Assembly (NCBI GenBank): GCA_963662435.1
Contig: OY759598.1
Coordinates: 2,450,507 to 2,514,506, forward strand
Origin: Dehalococcoidia bacterium
GTDB lineage: Bacteria > Chloroflexota > Dehalococcoidia > Lucifugimonadales > VXLM01
Reading direction: 5' to 3'
Length of the DNA stretch: 64,000 nt
A program made the translations under genes and the position numbers. Each line of letters opens with the position of its first letter. Positions within the stretch are counted from its first letter, which is position 1. The notes beneath the pieces are model-generated. The model had not been told where the DNA came from. It saw nothing but the letters and a program-made list of their open reading frames with translations, and ran no database searches. This document shows, piece by piece, positions 19,475-29,679 of the stretch.

Positions 19475-20933
19475 CACCTGGCTCACCAGTCTTCACTTTC
19501 GCCTGATCCTGGGCTTCACTCTTGTGCTCGTCGTTTCTCTCCTCGGCGTGAGCCTCTATGTTCGCTACGCCACCGAGCGGGAAATTGAACGGTACCAGCA
19601 AGAGGTCGAGCGCGCGCGAGCGGAGCGCATCCAGGCGGTGGTGAATCAATACTATGAGAACAACAAAGATCTGTCCGGCCTCGGGCCGGCTCTCGAACAG
19701 GCAAAGTGGCTCTACAACTGGAACATCGAGCTGACGGACGCCAACGGTATGCCGGTGGCTTTAGTGAGCGGCCAGAAGACAGCATTACCCACGCAGGACA
19801 AGCGTCCCGTACCGGCATTCGACAGAAACCAGAGTACTACGCTCGGACCCGGCGCTCGCAGAATAGCCGGCGACGGCAATAGGTTTCGCAAGCACATCTA
19901 CAATTTGAAGGACGGAAACAAGAACGATGTGGCGTCAATCGCAATGGGACCGGCGGACATTCCCGGCAGTGTTCCAGAGCCGCCCGTGTCTCGGCTGCTA
20001 GCAACAGTCGACGCCTCGCTGCTGTGGACAGGCATCGCAGCGGGCATTGCCGGTATCGCTCTCGTTTCCCTGCTCTCACGTCGCACTCTCCTTTCTATCG
20101 GGGTGCTCCGGGGAGCAGCGAGAACCTTTGGTGGCGGTCAATACTCCCACCGGGTGCAGAAGCTCGGCCCTCACGAAATCGGTGAACTTGGAGAGACGTT
20201 CAACTCCATGGCCGACGACATCCAACGGGCAGAACGACAGCGTCTGAACCTTATGGCCGATGTTGCCCACGAGTTGAGGACTCCGCTCTCAAACATCCAA
20301 GGCTACGTCGAGGCGATGAAAGACGGCGTCATCAATCCGAGCGACGAGACCCTTGAGAGCATCCACCAGCAGGTGCTGCAGCTCAACCACCTCGTCGAGG
20401 ACGTGAAACTCCTCTCGCTGTTGGACGCTGGGACGCTGCGCCTCAACTTCGAGAAGACCTCGGTCGGCGACGTGCTCAACAGGTCCGTCAGAGGTTTCAT
20501 GGCGAAGGCCCATGCAAGAGACGTGGGTCTGACCACCGAGATCACCGATGGTTTACCGCCCGTCCGAATGGACACGGCCCGGATTCGGCAGGTGGTCGAC
20601 AATCTTCTTGAAAACGCCATCAGGCACACTCCATCCGGCGGAGCTGTCACTGTGCGGGCCTTGATAATGCCGTCGACCGACGAGGTCATGGTGGCCGTCG
20701 AGGACACGGGTGAGGGCATTCCCAGCGATTTGACTGGGACGATATTCGACCGATTCCGACGCGCCGATCAGTCTCGTGCCCGATCGACCGGCGGAGCAGG
20801 GCTGGGGCTCGCCATTGCGAAGAACCTCGTCGAGGCCCACGGCGGTCGAATCGAGGCCGAGAACCGTACGAGTGGAGGGACGTCGTTCCGGTTCACCATT
20901 CCTACGGGCGACGTTAGTAGTGCGCGTACGTAG
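19461..20933 (+). CDS. HAMP-domain sensor histidine kinase (BaeS-like)
   Basis: Two TM segments, HAMP, H-box AHELRTPL, N-box NLLENAIRH and G boxes. Confidence 0.95.
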   Translation: MQRFSTWLTSLHFRLILGFTLVLVVSLLGVSLYVRYATEREIERYQQEVERARAERIQAVVNQYYENNKDLSGLGPALEQAKWLYNWNIELTDANGMPVALVSGQKTALPTQDKRPVPAFDRNQSTTLGPGARRIAGDGNRFRKHIYNLKDGNKNDVASIAMGPADIPGSVPEPPVSRLLATVDASLLWTGIAAGIAGIALVSLLSRRTLLSIGVLRGAARTFGGGQYSHRVQKLGPHEIGELGETFNSMADDIQRAERQRLNLMADVAHELRTPLSNIQGYVEAMKDGVINPSDETLESIHQQVLQLNHLVEDVKLLSLLDAGTLRLNFEKTSVGDVLNRSVRGFMAKAHARDVGLTTEITDGLPPVRMDTARIRQVVDNLLENAIRHTPSGGAVTVRALIMPSTDEVMVAVEDTGEGIPSDLTGTIFDRFRRADQSRARSTGGAGLGLAIAKNLVEAHGGRIEAENRTSGGTSFRFTIPTGDVSSART

Positions 20934-21015
20934 TCATGCCCAGGTTTATAAGTCGAAATCGAACGACGCACACAGATCTAAACAGACTGAAACACGAGGT
21001 TAGGAGCACGTTGTC

Positions 21016-21447
21016 GTGATAAGAGGGATCAACCACGCGGGATTTGTCGTACGAGACCTTGAAGTTGCCGTCAAGTTCTACGAGGAGATCGTGGGGCTCA
21101 CGGTTCAGGACAGGCTTGAGCGCACGGGAGGCCCGATATCCCAGGTGGTCGGCTACGAGAACTCCCATTTGAGGATTGCCAAGATGGCGGCCGAGGGGGA
21201 GGAGCACTTCCTGGAGCTGATCGAGTACGTCAACCCTTCTCCGGAGGAGCGCGCCTCAGAGGAGCGGGCGATCATCGGCGGCTGCCACGTGGCGTTCATC
21301 GTCGACGACATCCACGTGGCCTTCGATCGAGTGATGGCAAATGGCGCGATCGAGATGAACCCACCCGCAAACATAGCGCCTGGAAGATGGGCCTGCTACA
21401 TGCAAGATCCCGAAGGCAACTGGATCGAATTCATCCAGCAGGACTAA
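21016..21447 (+). CDS. VOC/glyoxalase family protein
   Basis: INHAGFVVRDL, HVAFIVDDI and DPEGNWIEF motifs. Confidence 0.9.
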   Translation: MIRGINHAGFVVRDLEVAVKFYEEIVGLTVQDRLERTGGPISQVVGYENSHLRIAKMAAEGEEHFLELIEYVNPSPEERASEERAIIGGCHVAFIVDDIHVAFDRVMANGAIEMNPPANIAPGRWACYMQDPEGNWIEFIQQD

Positions 21448-21542
21448 AGCTAGTTCTCCCTACAGGAGACATGTCGGGTACATATTGTGCAGACCCTAGA
21501 TAAAGGCACGAATCCGTGTCAGGCAGGAACAGAGGAAGAGGA

Positions 21543-24281
21543 ATGAACGCACTCAGAAATAGCTTGGAATACGCGAAGTCGTGGAAGCTGTGGGCCGTCG
21601 TCGTGATCGTGGTGGCGGCGGGAGCAGGCGGCTACTTCGGATTCAACGCGCTGACAGATTCGAGCGCCGAGGAAGAAGCGGCACAAACGCAGCTGGTCCC
21701 GGTGACTCGCGGCGACCTCGTCAACGACATCAGCGTGACCGGGACCCTGACGTACACGAGCCGCGAGACGGTGACATTCGGACAGCAGGGTTTCGTCTCG
21801 GAAATCGCCGTTGCGGAGGGCGATAGGGTATCTGCCGGCGATGCGCTGGCCGTTCTGGACGCCGAAACAGTCGCGACCCTGGAGCAGGCAATCGCACAGG
21901 CTCGAATCAACGTCCGAAATGCGGAGGACGCACTCGACGACGCAAGGAATCCCTACACGGCGTCGCAGATTGCTAAGGCTGAGTCGGATGTTGCAAAGGC
22001 GCGCCTTGATCTCCAGACGGCTGAGGAAGAACTGGGCGAACTTGGCGTGGTCTCACCCGACCTCCAGGTGCAAGCCCGAATCGACATCTTGAATGCCCGA
22101 GCCGACCTCGATGCCGCCATGGAGAACAAGGTCACCTTGGTCACACCGACATTCCAAGAGGTCGTGAAGGCCCAGGCGGACGTTACCGCCGCACGCGTCG
22201 CCCTCCTGGACGCGCAGGAAGAACTGGAGGCGCTGATCAACCCGACGCAGGGAGACATCGATGCGGCAGAGGCCGAAGTGACTCAGGCACGATTCAACCT
22301 TGAGGCAGCCAAGGATGCTTTCGACTCGCTCCCAAGCGCGACAGCCGTCGAACTGGCCAAGGCTCAAGCAGCAGTGGCCGACGCGCAACTCGATCTCGAA
22401 AGGGCGCAGGAGGCGGTCGATGACGCAACCACCCCAGCGACTGCCGAGGACATCGCCGACTACCAGACTAATATCGACTCTGCACAGGACAGCCTTCTCA
22501 CGGCCCAATTCAAGCTGCAGACGACTGAACGCAGCGCCGGGGAAAATATCCAGGCGGCAATGGACGATCTCGACGTAGCAGAGGATGACTACCGCGCCCT
22601 CTTCGCGAAGTGGTTGGGCATGAACGTCGCTTCGCCGGTCGAACAGTCCCCCGACACCTTCTTCGCTGGTCTCGGCTCCGACCTAGTGAGCATATTTGAA
22701 GGGCCTCAGATCGATAGGATGCAGTCGCTGTTCGAACAAGGAATTCTTCGAGACGAGTCCGAGACTCCTTGGAACGAGGTGATCGTCTACTCGTGGGCCG
22801 TCCTCTACCCCGGCGAGGTACTCGTTGATTGCGGGAACCTCGAGGCCGGAAAGCATCGAGCGTGCATCGGTGCTGAGTTCCAGGACGCTTTCGACCTTGT
22901 TCAGGAACTGACCGCGAGCCTCGATACCCTTCAAGCCGATGAGGCTGAAAAGATACGGGAGGCTCAGGTCGCCGTCTCCAAGGCGGAAGACACGGTAGCG
23001 GAGAGACGGGAAGCCCTCGACGACTATCTCACGCAGGTTGCCGAGTCCCAGTCGTCCGAGTCGGAGATCGAGAGCAAGATCGAGGCGGTAGGGCTTGCCC
23101 AAGCCAACCTTCAAGCTCTGAAGGGCGACCTCGCAGATCTAACCGCAGAGCCAGACCCGCTCGCAATCGAAGCGAGGCAGCAAGACATCACCGCAGCAGA
23201 GACAAAGCTGGCAGACAGCCTGGAAGCGCTATCCCAGCTTACGACCGGCCCGGACGATCTAACGCTTGAGTCCACGAAGAGGGCCGTCGAAACGGCAGAA
23301 TCCGAATTACTCGATGCTGAGGCGGCCTTGTCCGAGTTGATGCAGGCGACGGAGTTGGACCTGGAACTTGCCGACCGGGAGATCGAGCTTGCTCAAGCCA
23401 AGCTCGCCGACGCTGAGGAGGCACTCGCCGCCCTGCTGGACGACCCGGATCCCATCGACGTGCAGGTAAAGCAGACGGCAGTGCGGGTGGCTGTCGAGTC
23501 GCTCGCCGACGTTGAAGCGACGCTCGTGGAGTACAACACCGTAGACCAGTTGGAGATCAGTCTCCGAGAGACCGACGTGATCGCGGCGCGGGCCACGCTC
23601 GACACAGCCATAGAGGACCTTGAACGCGCCACACTGCATGCGCCGTTCGACGGCATCGTGATCGCTGTGAACATCGAGGAGGGACGCCAGGTAAATGCAA
23701 ATACCGAGGCAATTGAAATCGCGGACCCGTCCATCGTTGAGGTGAGCGGCTCTGTCGACGAGATCGATGTCCTCTTCCTACAAATCGGCGCGCAGGCGTT
23801 CGTCACCCTTGAAGCGCTCGGCGCTGAGAGTCTGCCGGGAACGGTATCCTCAATCGCCAGTACAGGCACGTCGCAGCAAGGCATCGTGACCTACCCCGTC
23901 ACGATACGGGTGGACTCCTCGGAGAGCGGTCAGCTGCCGGAGGGGCTGAGCGCGACGGCGCAGGTAATCATTCGCGAGCAGACCGACTCCGTGCTCGTTC
24001 CCCTACAGGCCCTCTACGGTTCTGTGCAGGCCCCAATAGTCAGGGTTGTCAGTGGCAACGACATCGTAGAGCGACAGGTCACTCTAGGCATCAGCGACGA
24101 CTTCTGGGTCGTGGTCGAGGATGGTCTCAACGAGGGCGAGACGGTCAGCATGGAGGTCGTCGGCAGCAGTACGGCCGGATTCGCCGGAATCGGCGCGACC
24201 TTCCGAGCCGTTGGAGGTTTTGGAGGCGGCCGTGGTGGCGGCGGCGGTGGCGGCCAAGGTGCAGGTGCCGGCGGTCGTTAG
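21543..24281 (+). CDS. HlyD/MacA-type efflux adaptor with a very long coiled coil
   Basis: N-terminal TM, lipoyl half-motifs (VAEGDRVSAGDALA; LHAPFDGIV), beta-barrel (VDEIDV, YPVTI) and ~590 aa Ala/Glu/Leu-rich insert. Alternative GTG start at 21516. Confidence 0.85.
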   Translation: MNALRNSLEYAKSWKLWAVVVIVVAAGAGGYFGFNALTDSSAEEEAAQTQLVPVTRGDLVNDISVTGTLTYTSRETVTFGQQGFVSEIAVAEGDRVSAGDALAVLDAETVATLEQAIAQARINVRNAEDALDDARNPYTASQIAKAESDVAKARLDLQTAEEELGELGVVSPDLQVQARIDILNARADLDAAMENKVTLVTPTFQEVVKAQADVTAARVALLDAQEELEALINPTQGDIDAAEAEVTQARFNLEAAKDAFDSLPSATAVELAKAQAAVADAQLDLERAQEAVDDATTPATAEDIADYQTNIDSAQDSLLTAQFKLQTTERSAGENIQAAMDDLDVAEDDYRALFAKWLGMNVASPVEQSPDTFFAGLGSDLVSIFEGPQIDRMQSLFEQGILRDESETPWNEVIVYSWAVLYPGEVLVDCGNLEAGKHRACIGAEFQDAFDLVQELTASLDTLQADEAEKIREAQVAVSKAEDTVAERREALDDYLTQVAESQSSESEIESKIEAVGLAQANLQALKGDLADLTAEPDPLAIEARQQDITAAETKLADSLEALSQLTTGPDDLTLESTKRAVETAESELLDAEAALSELMQATELDLELADREIELAQAKLADAEEALAALLDDPDPIDVQVKQTAVRVAVESLADVEATLVEYNTVDQLEISLRETDVIAARATLDTAIEDLERATLHAPFDGIVIAVNIEEGRQVNANTEAIEIADPSIVEVSGSVDEIDVLFLQIGAQAFVTLEALGAESLPGTVSSIASTGTSQQGIVTYPVTIRVDSSESGQLPEGLSATAQVIIREQTDSVLVPLQALYGSVQAPIVRVVSGNDIVERQVTLGISDDFWVVVEDGLNEGETVSMEVVGSSTAGFAGIGATFRAVGGFGGGRGGGGGGGQGAGAGGR

Positions 24282-24330
24282 CATGTCAGCAGTCCATAGG
24301 GAATCGATTGACTCAACACATCACAGACAT

Positions 24331-25056
24331 ATGACTGATAACCAAGAAAACGTAATCGAGCTGCACGACGTCACCAAGGTCTACCGCATGGGGGAGATCG
24401 AGGTGAACGCGCTGGCCGGGGTTAGCCTGACGATTCGACGCGGAGAGTTGACCGCGATCATGGGACCGTCAGGCTCCGGGAAGTCGACCATGATGAACAT
24501 CATCGGTTGTCTGGACGTGCCCACGTCAGGCAAGTACATCCTCGACGGAGAGGACGTAGGCCAGCTCAGCGACGACCGTCTGGCAGGGATTCGGAACCGC
24601 AAGGTAGGTTTCGTCTTCCAGACGTACAACCTGCTGCCGAGACTGTCGGCCCTGACGAACGTCGAGCTTCCGCTGCAGTATGGCAAGGGAGGCGGGCGAA
24701 AGGAGCGGTCGCTCAAGGCCCTGGCACAAGTCGGTCTTGCCGACCGCGTGCACCACAAGCCGGTGGAGCTTTCCGGCGGCCAGCAGCAGCGAGTCGGCAT
24801 TGCACGGGCGCTGGTGAAGGACCCCGCTATTCTCCTCGCCGACGAGCCGACGGGCAACCTCGACACCACCTCAAGCAACGAAATCATGTGGATCATTCAG
24901 GAACTGAACCGGCAGTCGGGTATCACCGTCGTCATCGTCACGCACGAGCATGACATCGCGGCCCACGCGGCCAGAGTGGTGACCATGCTCGACGGCAAGG
25001 TGCTCGACGACAAGCGCCAGGAACCGGTAGTCGTGCCGAAACCGGGCTTGAACTAG
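24331..25056 (+). CDS. ABC transporter ATP-binding protein (MacB/LolD-type)
   Basis: Walker A GPSGSGKST, LSGGQQQRV and DEPTGNLD. Alternative ATG at 24283. Confidence 0.95.
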   Translation: MTDNQENVIELHDVTKVYRMGEIEVNALAGVSLTIRRGELTAIMGPSGSGKSTMMNIIGCLDVPTSGKYILDGEDVGQLSDDRLAGIRNRKVGFVFQTYNLLPRLSALTNVELPLQYGKGGGRKERSLKALAQVGLADRVHHKPVELSGGQQQRVGIARALVKDPAILLADEPTGNLDTTSSNEIMWIIQELNRQSGITVVIVTHEHDIAAHAARVVTMLDGKVLDDKRQEPVVVPKPGLN

Positions 25057-25096
25057 TTCTCAGGACTAACGCAACACTCACAAAGCAACTACCCAT

Positions 25097-26305
25097 ATGT
25101 CACTAATTCAAACCATACAGACAGCAATATCATCACTTGGGGCAAACAAGCTCCGCGCCGGACTCGCGCTCTTGGGCATAGTCATCGGCGTGACGGCGGT
25201 CATCACGCTCATGTCCATCGGTCGCGGCACGACTGAACAGATCACCGGGATCATCCAGGGGTTGGGCACAAACCTGCTGTTCGTTCAGCCGGAAGGGGAA
25301 GGTCAACTCACCCTTGACGACGCCAACGCGCTGGTTGACCCCGTGTACGCCTCCACGGTGATCGCATCGGCTCCGGAGATACGCACTTTCGCTACACTCG
25401 TTGCGGGACGTGATAACACCAACGCACAGGTGGTTGGCGTCACCCCGGAATACCTGGCGGCGAGGAACCTCGATCTGGCAAGTGGAATGTTCATCAGATT
25501 CCCGCACGTAGAGAACAGGGATGAGGTTATCGTGCTTGGCTCGAACATCGCTGAGCAACTCTTCCAGAACCGCGATCCCGTGGGCGAGTATGTTCGTGTG
25601 AACGCGCGAAGGTACCGGGTAATCGGCCTGCTGGAGAGCCAAGGAGGGGGAGGATTCGGCACGTTCGATACTCAAGTGCTTATTCCTATCACCACGGCGT
25701 ATTACCGGCTGAGCAATGAGCGCACCGCAACCGGCGAGGTCGTGGTCAGCCTCATCAACATCCAGGTGGGGGACGTCGAGGATATCGACCAGAGCATCGA
25801 GGAGACGAGCGGAGTGCTTCGCCTGCGCCATCGCATCACCGAGGAAGACGACTTCACCGTCATCAGCCAGCAGAGCACCATAGAGACCCTGGAAGAGACG
25901 ACGAACACGTTGGTTGTGTTCCTGGGCATCATCGCAGGTATCTCGCTGCTGGTCGGCGGCATCGGGATCATGAACATCATGCTCGTCTCCGTGACCGAAA
26001 GGACGCGCGAGATCGGCATCCGGAAGGCCATGGGGGCGAAGCGCCGTGACATCCTCTTCCAATTCGTGGCCGAGGCGACTGTTCTCAGCATAGGAGGGGG
26101 TCTCCTGGGTGCGGCAATGGGATTCTGGATGACCAGCGCGATAGACGGCCGTACCCTCGGAACGCAGACATTCAACACCAGCTTCAGCAACGAGTTCGCA
26201 GCGCTGGCGCTGATCGTGTCGGCGGGTATCGGGCTGTTCTTCGGTATCTATCCTGCTGTCCGGGCGTCGAGACTCCATCCTATCGATGCGCTGAGGTACG
26301 AGTAG
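25097..26305 (+). CDS. ABC transporter permease (MacB/FtsX-type)
   Basis: GGIGIMNIMLVSVTERTREIGIRKAMGA and PIDALRYE motifs. Confidence 0.95.
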   Translation: MSLIQTIQTAISSLGANKLRAGLALLGIVIGVTAVITLMSIGRGTTEQITGIIQGLGTNLLFVQPEGEGQLTLDDANALVDPVYASTVIASAPEIRTFATLVAGRDNTNAQVVGVTPEYLAARNLDLASGMFIRFPHVENRDEVIVLGSNIAEQLFQNRDPVGEYVRVNARRYRVIGLLESQGGGGFGTFDTQVLIPITTAYYRLSNERTATGEVVVSLINIQVGDVEDIDQSIEETSGVLRLRHRITEEDDFTVISQQSTIETLEETTNTLVVFLGIIAGISLLVGGIGIMNIMLVSVTERTREIGIRKAMGAKRRDILFQFVAEATVLSIGGGLLGAAMGFWMTSAIDGRTLGTQTFNTSFSNEFAALALIVSAGIGLFFGIYPAVRASRLHPIDALRYE

Positions 26306-26406
26306 GGCAAAGAGAGTAGCAACGCGTAGGCAGGACCACATATAGGGGTCACGAATCTACGGAGTGCACAATTGGACATTAGGACTTCAGCGAAAGAGAG
26401 ACAGCG

Positions 26407-27423
26407 ATGACAAGAGTGATTATCACTTTGGCGGGAGGAGTAGTTCTCGCACTGGCCTTAGCGTGCGGGTCGGCGGACGAAGGAGGTGGGACAGGTGCTG
26501 CCCCAGCCGCGCAGGTCGCGGACCTATCCCAGTTTCCAACTCCAACCCGCTCCCAGGCCGAGCCTCAGCCAGAACCCACCCAGGTTGTAGCGGCTGCTGC
26601 CGTTCAAACGCAGGCAGAAGGCAGTGACTCCGAGGGCGAGGCCGCCGAAGTCGCGCCAATGAGCCAAGAGGAGCTGCAGCAGCTCCGGGCACGACTGCAG
26701 AGCGGTGAACTGAGTGAAGAAGAACAGCAAGAGGCGATCCAGCGGCTTCGAGCGCAGTTCGGAGGTAGACAGGGCGGTGGAGGTTTCGGCGGGGCAGGCG
26801 GCGCACAGGCGGTCGGCACCATCGAGAGCGTCGCCGAGGGCAGTGTGACCGTGACGACGGAACTCGCGACGGTCGCGGCGAACCTGGGAGAGGACACGAA
26901 TATCAGTATCACGTCGATCCTCGAACCGGCAGCACTGACCGACGGCGCGCAGGTCCTGGTCGTCAGCGAGCGCGTTGACGCCAGCACATTGGCGCGGGTG
27001 ATTACCATAGTCCCTGAGGGAGAGGGAGGTTTCGGACGCGGCAGGGCCGCAGGTCAAGCAGGACAAGGGGCGCTTGGCGCGGCCCAGGGCGGTCAGGACG
27101 CAGGCGGAGCCCGTCCGCTCCTCGGCACCATAGCGGGCATAGCCGACAGTGGTTTCACGCTCGAGACGCAGCAGGGTCCCCTGCCCATTGCCATGAACGA
27201 AGAGACGGTGATCATACAGACAAGCCAGGGCACCTTAGCTGACCTCGAAGCGGGCATGCAGGTCAGGGTGACCGGGGTCGAGGGCGACGACGGAACGATT
27301 GACGCAAGGTTGGTCGCCGTCACACCTGAGGGGTTGGAAGACCTTCCAGGCTTTGGTGCAGGTCGCGCCTTCGGAGCGGGTCGAGGCGCATTAGGCGGAG
27401 GCCAGGGAGGGGGAGGCAACTAG
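26407..27423 (+). CDS. Putative lipoprotein with two DUF5666-like OB-fold repeats
   Basis: Lipobox LALAC. Two GTI...T..T...L..G..V.V repeats separated by Gly-rich linkers. Confidence 0.7.
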   Translation: MTRVIITLAGGVVLALALACGSADEGGGTGAAPAAQVADLSQFPTPTRSQAEPQPEPTQVVAAAAVQTQAEGSDSEGEAAEVAPMSQEELQQLRARLQSGELSEEEQQEAIQRLRAQFGGRQGGGGFGGAGGAQAVGTIESVAEGSVTVTTELATVAANLGEDTNISITSILEPAALTDGAQVLVVSERVDASTLARVITIVPEGEGGFGRGRAAGQAGQGALGAAQGGQDAGGARPLLGTIAGIADSGFTLETQQGPLPIAMNEETVIIQTSQGTLADLEAGMQVRVTGVEGDDGTIDARLVAVTPEGLEDLPGFGAGRAFGAGRGALGGGQGGGGN

Positions 27424-27478
27424 CCTCCGTCCATTAGGCCCTCATCGAAGACACCATCAAGACATCTTCCTCTAGCGT

Positions 27479-27521
27479 AGCCCCTCGAACCGCTGCCAGC
27501 CGGTCGAGGGGCTTTCTTCTT
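27479..27521 (+). terminator. Rho-independent terminator
   Basis: AGCCCCTCGA...TCGAGGGGCT stem followed by TTCTTCTT, at the end of the ABC operon. Confidence 0.75.
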
Positions 27522-27785
27522 GGCCGGGGGGGTGCATTCACTCAGATGGTAATCCTTGGAGATTCAGCTTCGCAGATCCGTCATAGGTGACGACTCTATG
27601 GGGCTTGCGAGCTCGTCGGCAGACCCTTTAGGGGACCAGATAGGGTTTGAAAGAGGTGAAGAGCAATTGCCTCCGTAAGGAATTCTTGCTGAATTTGTCG
27701 CACTGTGTTGCATTTTGTTGCATTTCCGTCGTTATTGTAAAGTTGTGAGTCGGGTTAGGACATCTTCGTTTATTCCGTCTTTCTT

Positions 27786-27875
27786 TGTCATTCTGAGCGA
27801 ATCGAGGAATCTGAAATCTGCGCCTGTGCGACGACTTTAGATTCTTCACTCCGCTCCGCTACGTTCAGAATGACA
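27786..27875. repeat. Inverted REP-like doublet (REPIN-like)
   Basis: TGTCATTCTGA...GAATCT / AGATTC...TCAGAATGACA. The same motif recurs inside the MITE copies. Confidence 0.8.
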
Positions 27876-27955
27876 GAACGTTAACACAGCTTAGTACCGG
27901 TTCCACATGATTTTGATATTTCGATTCACCCTCACCCTAGCCCTCTCCCACGATG

Positions 27956-29679
27956 GAGGCTGTCTCATAAGTAGGTTGCCTTATTGAAAATACAGAGGTT
28001 CTAGGGGTAAGTTTGTGTTGTTGCACCTGCTTTAGGAGAAGTGGCATGCCATTTCGGGACTTCAATCGGGAACAGGGGTGGCTTCTGCCGCCTGATCTGG
28101 GAGAGTTAGTAGGCCCCAATCATCCCGCACGATTCGCCGCGACCTTTGTGGACTCTCTCGATGAGGAGACGTGGAAGGAGTTGGGGATCGACCTGCGAGG
28201 CGATCCTATGGGAGCATCGTCCTATCACCCTCGCGCGTTGCTGAGCGTGTGGATATATGGGTTCATGACGGGTGTGCGTTCCAGCCGCAAGCTGGAGACG
28301 GCCTGCCGCGAACAGGTGGCCTTCATGTGGCTGACCGGGAGGCAGAGGCCGGACCACAACACGCTGTGGAGGTTCTACAGGTCTCACCGAGAGCGGATGA
28401 GGGTTCTCCTGAGTCGCACGGTGCGCACGGCTGTGAAGGCCGGCTTGGTGGACTTGGCGCTTCAGGCGGTGGACGGGACACGAATCGCCGGTAACGCGTC
28501 CAGTGACCGCACCTACGACGCGGAGGGTCTCAGACGGCTCTTGGAGCGTACGGAAGCAGCCATTGCGGACCTGGAAGCAAAGAACTCGACCGGAGGGGAG
28601 CCTGCACCAGTCGAACTACCATCGGAGATTGCGAGCGCCGAGGCATTGCGCGACCGAGTGGTCGACGCCCTTGGCCTCGTGCTGGAGGAGGAGGGAGCCA
28701 ACCACGCGAACCTTACCGACCCTGACGCGGGGCTGCTCAAGAGCAAGGAAGGTGGCGTTATAGCCGGCTACAACGCCCAGTCGATGGTGGCGCCCATCAC
28801 GTCCGGCGATGCCTCCGGCATGATCATCACGGCTGCGGATGTGACCTCCGGCTCGGACGACCACCCGCAGCTCGTTCCGATGATCGAGGCGTCTGCAGAG
28901 AATACGGGGACAGACCATGCGGTGACCGTCGCCGACGCCGGATATCACTCAGGGACCAACCTTGCCGACTGCGCGTCCTCCGGACACCGCGTGCTCATGC
29001 CGGACACCCATAACCGCCGACGCCGCTCCCCGTACCACAAGGACCACTTCACGTACGACCCTGAGAACGACACATACCTATGCCCGAATCAGCAACCTCT
29101 CATCTTCAAGGACACGTTCAGACACGCGAACGGCTACAGACTCAGACGCTACAGGGCCGAGGGTGCGCTCTGCCGTACCTGCCCTGCCTTTGGAGAATGC
29201 ACCACCTCTACCAACGGTCGAACCATAAGAATCAGCGAATACGAACCTGAGTTGAGACGACACAGAGAGATGATGTCTACCGAGTCTGCCAGGGCGAGTT
29301 ATAAGCGGCGTCAGGGGCTGGTCGAGCCGGTGTTCGGCCTCCTCAAGGAGCATCACAGCGCCAGGCGGTTCCTGCTGCGAGGCCGCGAGAACGTCCTCTC
29401 CGAGTGGTGTCTGCTGGCTGCGGCGTTCAACCTCAAAAGCCTTCACAGGGTGTGGAGTGCCGCCTCGCCGTCGAACTCGCCTCACACCGGCTCGCCACGA
29501 CTACATCCACGCTGTGATCGCAGCGCCACTGATGCCGCCCGCAACCGCTTGGCACCGTTGCTGACGGCCCGACCACGAATCGCCACTCGCAGACTCTAGA
29601 GAGTCTACCGGTCATCGCCCATCACATCCCCAGCGTGTACTCAATCACTGCACGCCACGTGAAGCTATGAGACAGCCTC
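27956..29679 (+). mobile_element. IS1182 family insertion sequence
   Basis: Terminal IRs GAGGCTGTCTCATA / TATGAGACAGCCTC. Flanking direct repeat CGATG at 27951-27955 and 29680-29684 (or GAT if the IR is one base longer). Confidence 0.9.
28046..29599 (+). CDS. IS1182 family transposase
   Basis: SSRKLE..C, PDHNTLWRF, VDGTRI, ADAGY, YLCP and VEPVFG motifs. AGGAG RBS. Confidence 0.92.
   Translation: MPFRDFNREQGWLLPPDLGELVGPNHPARFAATFVDSLDEETWKELGIDLRGDPMGASSYHPRALLSVWIYGFMTGVRSSRKLETACREQVAFMWLTGRQRPDHNTLWRFYRSHRERMRVLLSRTVRTAVKAGLVDLALQAVDGTRIAGNASSDRTYDAEGLRRLLERTEAAIADLEAKNSTGGEPAPVELPSEIASAEALRDRVVDALGLVLEEEGANHANLTDPDAGLLKSKEGGVIAGYNAQSMVAPITSGDASGMIITAADVTSGSDDHPQLVPMIEASAENTGTDHAVTVADAGYHSGTNLADCASSGHRVLMPDTHNRRRRSPYHKDHFTYDPENDTYLCPNQQPLIFKDTFRHANGYRLRRYRAEGALCRTCPAFGECTTSTNGRTIRISEYEPELRRHREMMSTESARASYKRRQGLVEPVFGLLKEHHSARRFLLRGRENVLSEWCLLAAAFNLKSLHRVWSAASPSNSPHTGSPRLHPRCDRSATDAARNRLAPLLTARPRIATRRL

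Noticed and set aside
25133..26341. 402-aa antisense ORF, and similar shadows at 12077-13192, 37203-38273, 51379-52401 and 60204-60971
   Set aside because: They are mirror frames of well-supported genes in GC-rich DNA and carry no motifs.
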